DNA from: Paramecium tetraurelia
Taxonomy: Eukaryota
Direction of reading: 5' to 3'
NCBI GenBank assembly: GCA_000165425.1
Contig: CT868048.1
Span: forward strand, 186,001-223,177
Length of the DNA: 37,177 nucleotides
Position numbers and translations under genes: made by a program. This document shows positions 14,860 through 26,881 of the stretch, in pieces; positions within the stretch are counted from its first letter, which is position 1, and each line of letters opens with the position of its first letter. The notes under the pieces are model-generated. The model did no database searches and was not told where the DNA came from. It saw only the letters and a program-made list of their open reading frames with translations.

Positions 14860-15955
14860 TCAGGTATTCAATATTGTTATGATTTCTCCATAACTTATTC
14901 CAACGCATGGATATAAATCTTCTGTAATATCGAATTTCATCGACTTTCATAATTTAATAAATTAATACATATTAATTCTGTAAAGTCTAATTTGTCCATA
15001 ATATTCTTTATTTTTAGTAGTTTACTTCAACTGAAATGATATCATTATTTTTAAATGAAATTGATTATTTTTGATTATTGATATTTTAATTTAGGTTAGA
15101 GTAAACATATCCTTATTGGTTGATACAATAAATACTAACTATATTAATATTGATATACCCATGACCTGAAGCCTTTACTAATTCAGGTTAGTAATTGGCT
15201 TGAATAATTTTATTCCTATGACAAACTCCTATATCACAAGCATTTGCATTTATAATTTTAAACTAAAATGTAATAGGGCAATTATTATTTGGAATTTTTG
15301 GTTCGCAAATAGCAACCTTCCATCCAAAATTTAAATTAATTGCTTTCTTGCTGCTGTTCTCTAGTTCTATGTATCTATCTTTATAGTCAGAGGAAAAATG
15401 TATAGGCAGATTTTAAGAGATTTCTTGATTTTATTTCTCCAATTATGGTTCTATTGAGACATATGAGTCTTGTTATCTCCTCTGATATATTTATTCAGAA
15501 AAATTGGTTTATTTAATGGGAAAAGACTTCAAATTTTGAAATTTGCAGCATAAATTATATATTCGGTTATTCAATTCTTTGATATTCACAATTAAACCTC
15601 CCGTTGCCTCTGCTACTTCAATCTTCATTAGTTTTATAATTTAATCATTGAGGTAACTATGGGATAATGATTATACATTATCTAATGGATGAACATAGAG
15701 TGGATTTACTATTTCATAAATAGTATTTATTGAGATTTTTATCTGCTGGATCATATTCATCAAATAATCATATGATTTCATTTTTTGTAATATCAATTCA
15801 TTTAGTTGCTTAAAGCTTTTTAATTATTAAAAATGATCAAAATGCAAGGAAGTCATACAATATTAACAATAAGGTCTAGGATGCTTACAATCTTATTTTA
15901 TGCAACATCCCAAAATCTAGCTATCGTCATGATTCTCAATCTAACAAAATAGCAT
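14860..15955 (-). CDS. B-box-like Zn finger + coiled coil + SPRY/B30.2-like domain protein (2 introns)
   Basis: Starts MLFCQIENHDDSQILGCCIKQDCKHPRPYCQYCMTSLHFDH. The C-terminal part AICEP...DIGVCH...GHGIYCINQQGYVYS...FKNNDIISVEV...LYPCVGI fits a SPRY pattern. Introns are 24 and 25 nt. Confidence 0.85.
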
Positions 15956-16182
15956 ACTTTTGAGAACTAATTAATGTTTAAATTATTATATTTAGAATAA
16001 AATAGTCTTGAAAATAATGGAAAACAAATATAAAAAATTTTTGATTAAAATTTTGATCTTTTAGGAAGGAATTTTGGAAGCAGGAATAATTTGATATATA
16101 AAAATGAATAAGAAATATTATGAAGATAGTCTCATTCTTTTAAAATGTAATGAATAAAAATAAATAAGAATCAAGATCAAGT

Positions 16183-17628
16183 TCATTACTTCAATTATCT
16201 TATTTAGAGTCCTCTACTTATATCATCCCATGTTATTAAATACTAACCGTCATCTGTCATTCTACCAAAGACTCCAGATGTACAATAATCTATTGATTAT
16301 TTTTTAATAAATTGACCATCTTAATTGAAGAGCATTAAATTAACTGAACATTCATTCTTACTAACCAGAATTGATTTCTCTGTAATAAATTATTAAGGGA
16401 AGAACCAAAAGCAACCTCTTTTTTTCATTTTACAAGTTCCAATATCAACTGATATATTTTTAGTTTTCTAAAAAAAATTAGTTTTAGGATTCAATTCATA
16501 GACATACAATTATTCCTTTTTTTCAGCTTAGAATGTAAATACAGAATCGGTAATGAAACAAAGTCTCCTTCCCCAAGTTGTTACATTAATAGTTTACAGC
16601 AACACCCAAATCCTACTCTTGGTTTCTTGTTAATGAATCAATATTTAAGGATGTTTAGAACAGGAAATAATCTAGTTTTCTGTCTTATTCAAACTAATAG
16701 AACTGATGTAATTTTTATGTCCAATAAGTGTTTGATGACATGTCCAATAATCATTTTCCCTAATCCATATCTTAATAAGAGTATCATCACTACCAGATAT
16801 AATTGTATCCTCTTCCCTATTTACTACTAAGCAATTCACTCCTCCTTAGTGTTCCTCCAATTATTATTTTAAGTGCCATTATTAATCATCACTATACTAA
16901 AATACTATTATTGATTTGTCACAACTGCCTGATATAAATTCTTTGGTCTTTTTCATATGATATAAACAATAGATACTCTTTTTATGAAGGTTTATTTCTT
17001 AATTAATTTTCAATTCCCCATCATTGAAATCAAAAACCTTTATCTTGCTTGATTCATAACCAGCAACCATTACAGTAGAGTCAAAATTAAATGCTATTGA
17101 ATTTATTTATTATTCCTCAGTAGAATTGATTACTTCATAGTTTATTGTACTTAATTCTCCTTTTATCTTCTTTCCAGGACTATCCAAAGAAGATAACTCT
17201 AAATCACTTATACAATTATTTAATGTTTAGATCAAATGGTCTACATTCTTATTAATGGTTCCCAAAATAGATTATTTCTAACTCTACATTTATAATTTTG
17301 AACAAAGATAATCGTGTAATTGTTCAATACTTAAATCTTCGAATTCTTCTTAGCTTAAATGATTGTTATTGAACATTTCATCTCTTAACCACTCAAATAA
17401 GGTGTTCACATATTCTATATTTCTCTCAAAGTCTTCAAATACTGTATTGCTTTTATTATCAAATAATCTTCCATAATCCTTTAATTTATGAACATCCTTC
17501 ATGTGAGAGTTGTGTTTCTCACTTTATAAACATTTAAAGCAAAATATTCTGAAATCTCTACAATATTAATTTAAACAGATGAATTCTACATTGACTCCAT
17601 GTTCAGGAATAGAACAAACTTAATTCAT
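16183..17628 (-). CDS. B-box-like Zn finger + coiled coil + WD40-repeat protein (481 aa, intronless)
   Basis: Starts MNQVCSIPEHGVNVEFICLNQYCRDFRIFCFKCLQSEKHNSH, followed by WD repeats with SGSCDKSI and SGSDDTL-type motifs. Ends YLITWDDISRGLQIRQLKQ*. Length 1446 nt is a multiple of 3. Confidence 0.92.
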
Positions 17629-18179
17629 TTTATGAATATTATCAATCAAGCTTTTTTTACAAAATGGATTCTAATTATCATTTATGGTAATTTATATTTT
17701 GCTTGTAAAACTTTTGGATGGTATTATTTTTATAAATTTATTCTTATCAAAGTAGTATAAATTTCAAAATATCCATAGCACTAACTTATTAATTTTCTCA
17801 ATAAATTGAATTAAAACTCAACATATATCATTTTATATCTAAAATGAGTTGGTATTATAATACACTCAATTATTGAAATGAAGTATTTTGATATTCATCA
17901 AGACAAGATATTTATATTTAAGTTTGAAATCTTTTTGGTTGAATGTAATCTGTACTAAAAATTATGAATACATGAAGAAAGAGAGTTTCAAAATAATACT
18001 AATTTAATTGTAAGAAATTTCAAGTTGCAATATTTTACTTTTATCTAACATTTTGTAAAATTATGATTATTAAGAAGATATTTAGATACTTACTTTATAT
18101 AATGAAATTAAGTAATTAGATCTAAACGCTAATTCTTTTGATACAAAAATGAAATTTGATCATAAATAAATATCATTAA

Positions 18180-19259
18180 TCATTTGATATATTACCAAAT
18201 TTAAATTTTTTTTATATGTCTTTCCCAAGTTACTAAATAATTTCCATCATTTGATAAATTTCCATATAGAAAAGGAAAATTAAATTCAATTGTTTGCTCA
18301 TTTACGAACTCTCCATTCTCCTTTAACTTTATTATTATCAAGCAATTTTAATTTTTACTTAACAAAATTGATTCATTTTGAATAAATTATAAAGGAGAAT
18401 AGACTGCACAAGTTCTGAAGATGTCATTCTTAATTTTAACTTTTTAAATAAGAGAAATTTCATCTTACGAATCTATGGCATAAATATCAAGAGTGTACCA
18501 ACACCAAGGTTAAAATGCAAATTTGTTATCCTAATAAAAAACAATTCTAGCCCCTCCCACAAACAAATGAAATTATTTGCTCAATTTCCAATCTTTAATA
18601 TCTTTTTTAATAACTAATATATAATTAAATCTTCCACATGCTAAAATCATATTCTAAGATTCATTCAGAGTTAAACCAAGTACGTTTCCATCAATTTAAA
18701 TGGATTGTACAAATCTCCATTAATTTTTTTTTTCCATAAAATTAATCTGATTCTCCATTCCAATTATTAACAAATTCTCTTCTTTATTGTTTATCATACA
18801 GTTTATTTTATAATCATTATCATTAATCTTTATCAATTATAATCTTTTATTGTTATTTGATGAGTTTAATGACTAAATTCTTACTTAGCAATTAGAGTTT
18901 GAGGATATAATTTGATTTTACAGATTCAAGAATAATAGACAATTATTAATATAAATATTTCCTATTATTTAGGTTATTGTTTTGATATGCCCATATTTAA
19001 ATTGGAATAGGATCAAATTTTCATTACTTGTAACAACTAAAATGTTAGATTTTGAATTAAAAACTATTGAATTACTTTTGTTTTTGTGTTTGATTGAATT
19101 TATTAATTTATATTTGTCTTAAATTTATGAAGTCGAGTATGACTGAGTGGATCCCTTATCTTATTGCATTTCAATCATGGATTATGAACTTTATTCAATT
19201 TCTAATAATATTAATTATGATGGATATTACTATTAATTAATATCACTTAAGTATATCAT
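18180..19259 (-). CDS. Divergent WD40-like protein of the same family, lacking the N-terminal Zn motif (start uncertain: ATG 19259 or 19178)
   Basis: Open frame ...YKLINSIKHKNKSNSIVFNSKSNILVV...GLTLNESQNMILACG...FAFQPW...YGNLSNDGNYLVTWERHIKKIQIWQYIK*. The C-terminus parallels the neighbouring WD40 genes. Confidence 0.75.
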
Positions 19260-19399
19260 AGCATGATGAAAATCAAGAATAGTTTCATCAGTAGTTTTGG
19301 TTCTTTTGATTTTCTAATCTAAAAAAAAGGCTGTTTATATCCATTCTATTAAATATTCCACAAAATCAATAATAGTGCACTACAGAAACTATTAATTAA

Positions 19400-21036
19400 A
19401 TAAATATAGTATTAGATTAAGAATAGTATTGACATTACAAATAAGTTCTAATCTTTAGTCTTATAGACAATAATTCTTATGTTTTTGGTGTTGATGCGAC
19501 AGGTTCTTAGATTTCAGAATTATCTAGAGATTTAATTTCTTATAATTGAAATCATGAGGTAAAAGTATATTTGTAATACTTCTACTCTGGTATGCTGATA
19601 CCAAGTTGATCTTGGACTGATTTGCTTTTCTACTATATCATAAAATTATCTAATTTATGTATTTGATTGTTGTTCTAGATTTAATTCTAGTGGACTTTTT
19701 AAATGAAAAAAATCATTTTGTCCATTTATCTTCTATGTTTTTTCAATAAAATCTATTGCTCTTTAATGATTAAAATATTTTTAAGAATTTCTCTTATATT
19801 TTCTCAGAATGTTCACAATTTCTAAATATGTATTAATTTTTTTTTTGCAACTAGGGATAAAGTCTGGATTAAATTAATCCAGTATGTTGGGTGTTTTATA
19901 TATGTTTCTTGACATTGTAATTAATTATTAGGTTTAGTATTTTAAAGTATGGTCTCTCTATCAGTTTGGATCATCATAGCATGAGAGGATTATTGATTTG
20001 GAATATCATTTTAATCTGAAAAAGTGAAAAGAGAAACCTTAATTTCTAATTGCATAAAGCTTCAATAATATTTCTTAATACTATAGCTACTATCATGATG
20101 AATATCACAAATAATCAACTTAATTTGCCTAGAATAGTTTAAAATGTAACATATGTTCTAATGTTAATTGTTTATTTGTAATCTAATCTTATATGATGAA
20201 AAACTATATTATAAAATTCAGATATCTCTCTCCATTCAATTGATTAAACATTTGATTAATTCTAAATTGATTCCCAAATTAATCCTTCATCTCAAGATGT
20301 TTATAAAATTCTATATTTTTAAGAAATAATTTTAGAAGTAAACAAATAAAAGTTGTAAATTCATTTGTGATGATTACTTAATAAGGTTATCCTGATTGAT
20401 CTAATTTGGTAAGATAATCACTTTTATGAACACTGTATTGACCTGATTCCAAGACTTTTTCTATTTCTTTTTAAGGTGCACACATCTGAGATGAACTTGT
20501 ATTTTAACAAGCATAAAACTAAGTAAATATGTATCTGAATGCGTTAGGTGAAATCTAACCCTACAGCATCTAACAATTAAATTTTATTTATTAATGGATT
20601 CTCTTTTAGATATTCCTATTAATATATGAGATCCCTCCCATTCTAATAATAGAAAAGTACTCCTTCTGTAGATCAGCAGTAAAGAGAGACATATTGTATG
20701 GCTCGATTGGAATTTATTTATAACTTATTTTACAAGTAATGCTTATTTTAAATTCACAGAAACGCTTTTTGATTATTAATTTCTTCTCCTTAATCTCACA
20801 CATTAATTAATATTTAATTAAGAATATCTTTCAATTCCTACTAATGACTCAGAATACCGATTTACAACTGATATGGCTAGTGAGAAGTTATCATTTTGAA
20901 GGATAAATGGTTTATTTTTATTTATGTTGATTATTCAGTTTCAGATATAAATAATTCTGTTTGATCGATTGTCCTAAAAATAGAGTCCAAACAACGTATT
21001 CAATATTGAAGTAAAGAAGTCAAACATTAATGGAAA
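19400..21036 (-). pseudogene. Decayed gene for a ciliate two-TM membrane protein with a large Cys-containing loop (5' end may lie in the gap; 3' limit approximate)
   Basis: Ordered fragments: PFILQNDNFSLAISV; IPIEPYNMSLF; LQGQISPNAFRYIFTQFYACQNTSSSQMCAPQKEIEKVLESG; a frameshift near 20345; TS*DEGLIWES (TGA 20292-20294); RTYVTFQTILGKLS*LFVIFIMIVAIVL (TGA 20115-20117); tail KKINTYLEIVNILRK. Confidence 0.7.
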
Positions 21037-21186
21037 NNNNNNNNNNNNNNNNNNNNNNNNNNNNNNNNNNNNNNNNNNNNNNNNNNNNNNNNNNNNNNNN
21101 NNNNNNNNNNNNNNNNNNNNNNNNNNNNNNNNNNNNNNNNNNNNNNNNNNNNNNNNNNNNNNNNNNNNNNNNNNNNNNNNNNNNNN
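21037..21186. other. Assembly gap (150 N)
   Basis: Run of N. Confidence 1.
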
Positions 21187-21600
21187 CCCCCCACCCCCCC
21201 CCCCTAACCCCGCCCAACCCCCACAAAGTACACATAAAACCTACCACAACCTAAATTTCAATTTATACTCAACCACCCCTAATTACAAACTTCCCCCCCC
21301 CACCCACTCCTACCACCCATCCCCATACACAAACAACCCGTCCGTACCTACCTCCCCCAAAACATATCCCAAACAACTCACCCAACACCTAATCAAATAA
21401 TTCAAACACCAACTTACCCCCCCCACTACCAAAACCTTTCCAAATTTCAAAAACACCAACACAACACATAAACCCCCCAACCCTTTTTCTATTCTCAAAC
21501 TTCTCTCATTTAACCTTTACACCCCAAAAACCCAATTAACATCCAAATTACACAAAATATCAAACCACCAAAAATAAACCACCACCTTATTATCTTTTAC
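21187..21600. other. C/A-rich, G-depleted low-complexity tract next to a gap (probably a low-quality read end)
   Basis: Only a handful of G in ~400 nt, irregular C runs, no periodic unit, starts exactly at the gap edge. Confidence 0.7.
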
Positions 21601-22138
21601 ACTTATATTTATATTTAATATATAATATATTTTTCTTCATTCTTATATTATTTATTCAGATCATTTCAAGGAGGGATAGTAATCTTATTAAATCGGGTTT
21701 GTAAGAAGTATTAACTTTTACTTTTTAAAACAATGAGGAGTCTGTATATTAGATAATTATATTCTAAACGAAACTTAAATATTTGAATTAAAATATATAA
21801 AGTAATATATTCTAATTTCTGAATTAATGAAAATTTTTATTTAACACAATTGAATATTAGATAAATAAAATTAACAGGGTTAACACTTTTTAAGACTTAT
21901 GGAAATAGTTAAATGTTTACAAATACAACTTGTTTTATCTTATCAAATGGTTTAGTGGTTTAATTATTTTATTAAAAAACTTAGATTCAGAAATATTAAA
22001 GTTAATTGGAAGGATAATAAATAATGCTAATGTTCAAAGAAATGCAAAAGATTACTAAGTTATTAAAAAATCACAAAATTTTAATTTTCATTATATATCA
22101 TAAACATTAGGACTAAAAAATTTTCATTTGTTTAATAT

Positions 22139-23788
22139 TCAAACATCATCTTATAAAATTTCTAATATTTTGATGAGTTCTGATTCACCAGCAACTTTAA
22201 TTACCTAATAAATTAAACATTTTGTATCAGATGTATTAAATATCAACTCTTATTCTGTAATTGTCCTTAAGTCATATTTTACTTTATAAATTACACTATT
22301 GAAATTTTACTTACATTCTTTTTCAAATTAATATTTATGTGAATTTTCTATGTTGTTAAATTAAAATTAACTTTTTATTGTTTTGTTGGGAAAGCATTTA
22401 ACATAGACTTGAACTGTCAATATTTATTAATTATTTTTGAATAAAAGTGTAAAATCTCCTTAAGTAATTATTTATTAATCAACTTCTAATAGGCGGATTT
22501 CCATAGAAATCCTTTAATCTGATTGAGAATCTTTATTTTAAGTAATTGATATTTATGAAAAAAGCATAGGAGGGGCTATGATTAGGATTAATGAATACGA
22601 TGAGTGCATAAATCTTTGTAGAAAATCCATCCACTTGAACAAACTTTACAATCTGTTTTTAAAGGCCCTATACATTGATCACAACCAGTAAAACATTTTG
22701 CAAGATATATATCAAAGGCTCTTATTCCCCAAGATGCATCTGTGGTTTCAGTATTAAGATTGGTTCTCATAGTTATTTTACATTATGACTTAGAATGAGA
22801 TAAAGTTACTCCTATATTAAATATCTTAACTAATTCTGTTGCTCCACAAATAGAATAAATGCCTTAAGTTCCCAAATCAGTTTTGTTAATTTAATCATCT
22901 ATTTCTAATGAAAATTATTCATTTTTCCATAAACCAATCTTCCAAAATTATACATTTACTTAAATTCTATAATGAGGAGCCAAATTTTCTATAATTTTTC
23001 CTAATTTATCGTTTGGGGCTAAATTACTCTTCCCTCCTACAAGAACAATATCGACACATTAGCCTGTTGCAGGTAAGGTATTATCATTTTTCATCCATCC
23101 ATCAAGTTCTATTGATTAATACCACAAGGATAAAAAGTCAATCCAATAATAACAATTATTATAATCATTATCTTAACAGTATATACAACCTTAAGGACAT
23201 CTTAATATTGATAAAATAAAATCTCTAAATCCCCAACTTTCCTTTAGTTTAAATTACATTATACTTCATCATTAACATCCAGATTTGAAGTCATTATAAA
23301 TAGTAATGATTTTGAATAATTATTCGTAATAATTGTAATTTGTGTGGTTGTATCTGGCAAATCACTTCTTCTTCCACACATCTGGGTGCCATCCGAATAA
23401 CTATACATCTATGACCATACATAATTGTCTGCAATTGCATAAGCATACTCATCATTCCAACTATCAATTCTACCATTGATATAATATATACTTCCAAAAT
23501 TGTGAGGTAATTTTGAGTTTATAATGAGGAGGTAAAGAAAAGTGCTTATATACTATTGTCTTACTTGAAAATTAATTATACCCTCCAAATAATGTATATC
23601 CAGCGCAATTGGAGACCTTATTTTCAGTATAACTATTTTTTACTACCCACCCTTAAAAGCTTAATATGAAACTAACCTTCTAAATCCATGGAATCCTTAT
23701 CTTAAAAGGTTTTATAAATAATTTCCCATGGTTCTTATGACCTAGCTAAACATAACAAAACTAAAATAAATAAATTTTGATTTTTCAT
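22139..23788 (-). CDS. Secreted/surface protein: signal peptide plus two tandem ~180-aa domains, each followed by a Cys cluster (4 introns)
   Basis: Signal-like start MKNQNLFILVLLCLARSQEPW. Repeat 1: LFGGY...LPPHYKL...FWKIDSWNDE...CG...SNLD...ESWGFRDF...CPQGCIYC. Repeat 2: LVGG...LAPHYRI...FWKIGLWKNE...ICG...TNLN...ASWGIRAF...CFTGCDQC...C..C..GW. TGA 22139-22141. Confidence 0.88.
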
Positions 23789-25052
23789 AGTTAATTTAAT
23801 TATCGTTTTGATCTCTTTTACCAATTTGCTTATTCTAATAAAATCAAATAATTTGCTACAATTAACCATTATCATATTATTAAATCTTAAAAATCAATAT
23901 TATAATCTACAGATCTTTCTACTTCTTCCTTCATGTTATTCCGTCATTTAGGTCTGAAGCTTAAGAAACTAAAAACAATCTGCAAACCAAAAAGTTATGT
24001 ATAATCATTTTCTTAAACTTGAAAAGTGTATATATAGAGTATGTAGGTAACAAATAAGCCAATTTTTTTAAATATATTTATACAATTTATATAATATTCT
24101 TACGCTGCTTTCTCAAGCTAATTTAATACATAACTCATGGAGAGCCTATTTACAAAGTTGGAATATCCTAATGAATATTTCTAAGGGTTATTTTTCAAAG
24201 TAATCTTTATATCGCGATTAATAATTCAATTGAAGATTAAATTATTTTCATTCATTTAAATAAATTGAGAATTTTGAGAACAAATAACGAAACCTTATGG
24301 TTAAGTGAAAATGGGGTTTGCATGATCTTTATTTTATAAGTATCAAAAGAAATGAAAAATTTTAGCGATCTTGAAGTTATGATTTATATATTTTAAAATT
24401 TAACAATTAACTATCTAAAGAAGTATAAAATCATAAGATAAATATTTTTAAATATATTCAATAAGCAAAAAACAGATATTCAAACTTGGAGAAAATATTT
24501 CAAAACTTCCATAATAAAATGAAAATAATTAAAACCTTCATAACATTTTTTTGAAACTTTGGCTTAAGATTGATCAGAATTAAAATGAATAATCCAAAAC
24601 ACTTCAAAGTTATTTTCTTGAATAGATCTATCAAAACTATTATTAGTAAAATTAGTAATTCATTAATTTTATTGGTGTATAAGAGTTTATATATAAAACA
24701 TAACCATTCTTAATTTATATGTCTATTCAATAATTGTTATTGTTTAGTTTCAAAATTTCTAATTACTGGTTATTCTTTCTTATCGCTTTCTGATAAGAAG
24801 ATTATAAGTACGAATGTTGTACAATAAGCAAATAATAAATTAAATGATTGAATAATATAAAGGACTACTATTTAAATTTGAGAGATTTTTGTTGATAATA
24901 AGAAGAAATTACAGTGTTACATATGCAGCTTAAACTGAAAAATCTTTGTCAAGTCCATGGATTAGTCTCTGTTTTATTTACATTATACTCTATTATGAGA
25001 AATAAAAATATAAATTGTGTATGTCTTTTGATCACAGGTTTAACTCTATTGC

Positions 25053-25202
25053 NNNNNNNNNNNNNNNNNNNNNNNNNNNNNNNNNNNNNNNNNNNNNNNN
25101 NNNNNNNNNNNNNNNNNNNNNNNNNNNNNNNNNNNNNNNNNNNNNNNNNNNNNNNNNNNNNNNNNNNNNNNNNNNNNNNNNNNNNNNNNNNNNNNNNNNN
25201 NN
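25053..25202. other. Assembly gap (150 N)
   Basis: Run of N. Confidence 1.
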
Positions 25203-25249
25203 AAGGAGAAAGCAGCGTAAGAATATTATATAAATTGTATAAATATATT

Positions 25250-26650
25250 AAGAAACCGATAAAGCGTTTGATAAATATGGTTATGAGTAAGTAGAAGTAT
25301 TTGCATTGTCAATTTTAATCATGCTCTGACATATGTATTCAGTAAAACTTTCTTTCGTGCATTTATCGGAGGATTGTTTATATTTTATTGCCCAATAATT
25401 GGCACTGTTTATTAGATTGAAATAGAGACTTAAGGAGAAAAAGCATTTAATTTTGAGAAAAATATTTAAATTGAAATTATTATTTCAGGAGAAGCTGATT
25501 ACTTGTCTCTATTTTGGAGGAAATTCAGATGTATTCCTCAAGATGTGTCACTGAAAATCAGAAATATCGGTACGTTTGATATTCAAATGAAATTCGAAAA
25601 TTATTCTTTGTCCTATTTATCATATTAATATGAAGAATCAAAGACTTCTGGCTAACTGTTAGGAATGATTTGGGAATGTATTTTAGTTAAGACCAATAAA
25701 TTACATCAATAGCAACAGTATTTGGATTAGAATATTAGCTTCAAGATAAATTATTAATAGAAAGGACTAAAGTAAAATTATAAGTCGTTTTATTTAATTC
25801 CAGGATGAGATAATTTATTACGTTAGGCATTGAAAATAAGATTCCTAATACTTAAATTGCTTTAAGATACAAAAAAAAAATATTTTATAGCAGCTTACTG
25901 GAAAGACATATATAAAAGCTGCTGTCTATAAATGATGGAAAGAATAAATACAGGAGGATAATTTTCTGATTATAGCTCATGCACATTCTCATAAGGGAAT
26001 TTTACAAAATTGGATATCTATAAATGTAATTATTTTCCTAAAATATGAAAGAATTACAATATGAATTTTTATGAAAGGCTGATTTTATCATATATATCAC
26101 TGTTCTTAAATAACCTAAATCTTTACTTGGTTGGTCAAAATAGTAAAGAAATTATGAGATGAAATAGTTGATTATTCTAAATCATAAATTTCATCACATG
26201 TATGCATCTTTGGAAAATCTCTTATCTAATACCAATAAAGTATGTATCTCCTGTAGACATAATGAATGAATTTTCAATTAAAATTCAATAGTGATGTCCT
26301 TTATAATTGAATATATTTTGTTATTTTAATTTGTTGATAGAACTTATGTATTTTATTATTAAAAAAATTTGTTCTCCCTTAATATAAATAATGGGAGAAC
26401 GTGAAAAGTAAATGTTTCTTCTTAACCAATACCATTAATTACCAAAAAAAGGATCACTTATCCATATTTTCAACTAATAACCTACTATTTATTGATATCA
26501 GGTTGTGGATATAAATCGATAGCATTCTATGACCAGATTTATGTAACAAACAGGCTTTATAATATAATAACACTGTGTATACTTATACAATAGGAAATCT
26601 TCTCAATAATAATTAAATAAATAGTTATAAATGAGGCAAAAGTTTATGTG
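25250..26650 (+). pseudogene. Possible decayed Cys-containing (surface-protein-like) gene
   Basis: Coding-like composition, a ~160-codon TGA-free stretch (~25323-25808) and scattered Cys-rich fragments (CQFQSCSDICIQQNFLSC; VCISCRH) in different frames. No coherent gene model. Confidence 0.3.
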
Positions 26651-26881
26651 CCTTATTCAACATTTCAAATTCGTATTACTTTATTTATATTTTGAAATGA
26701 TCATAAATATTTATAAAGTTATATATAGACTATTCATTGTACGGGCTATTTCTTTAATTATGCTTAGCTATGAAGCCAACAAGAAAGAAGAAATATAATT
26801 AATTTAATTATGTTCTAGAAGGATTTTAACTTTAAAACAAACCAAACTTTATAATTCAATTAATTAATTAAATAATTTAAT

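Noticed and set aside
19864..19882. Near-perfect palindrome CTGGATTAA-A-TTAATCCAG
   Set aside because: Single short occurrence inside decayed coding sequence; compatible with chance in AT-rich DNA.
21187..21600. C/A-rich tract as a telomere or internal telomeric repeat; Gly/Val-rich and Pro-rich ORFs in the track
   Set aside because: There are no tandem C4A2/C3A3 units. The tract is irregular, G-depleted and abuts a gap, so it is best explained as poor base calls.
26371..26400. 8-bp inverted repeat GTTCTCCC...GGGAGAAC
   Set aside because: Isolated and short, with no associated element, TA-bounded ends or second copy seen.
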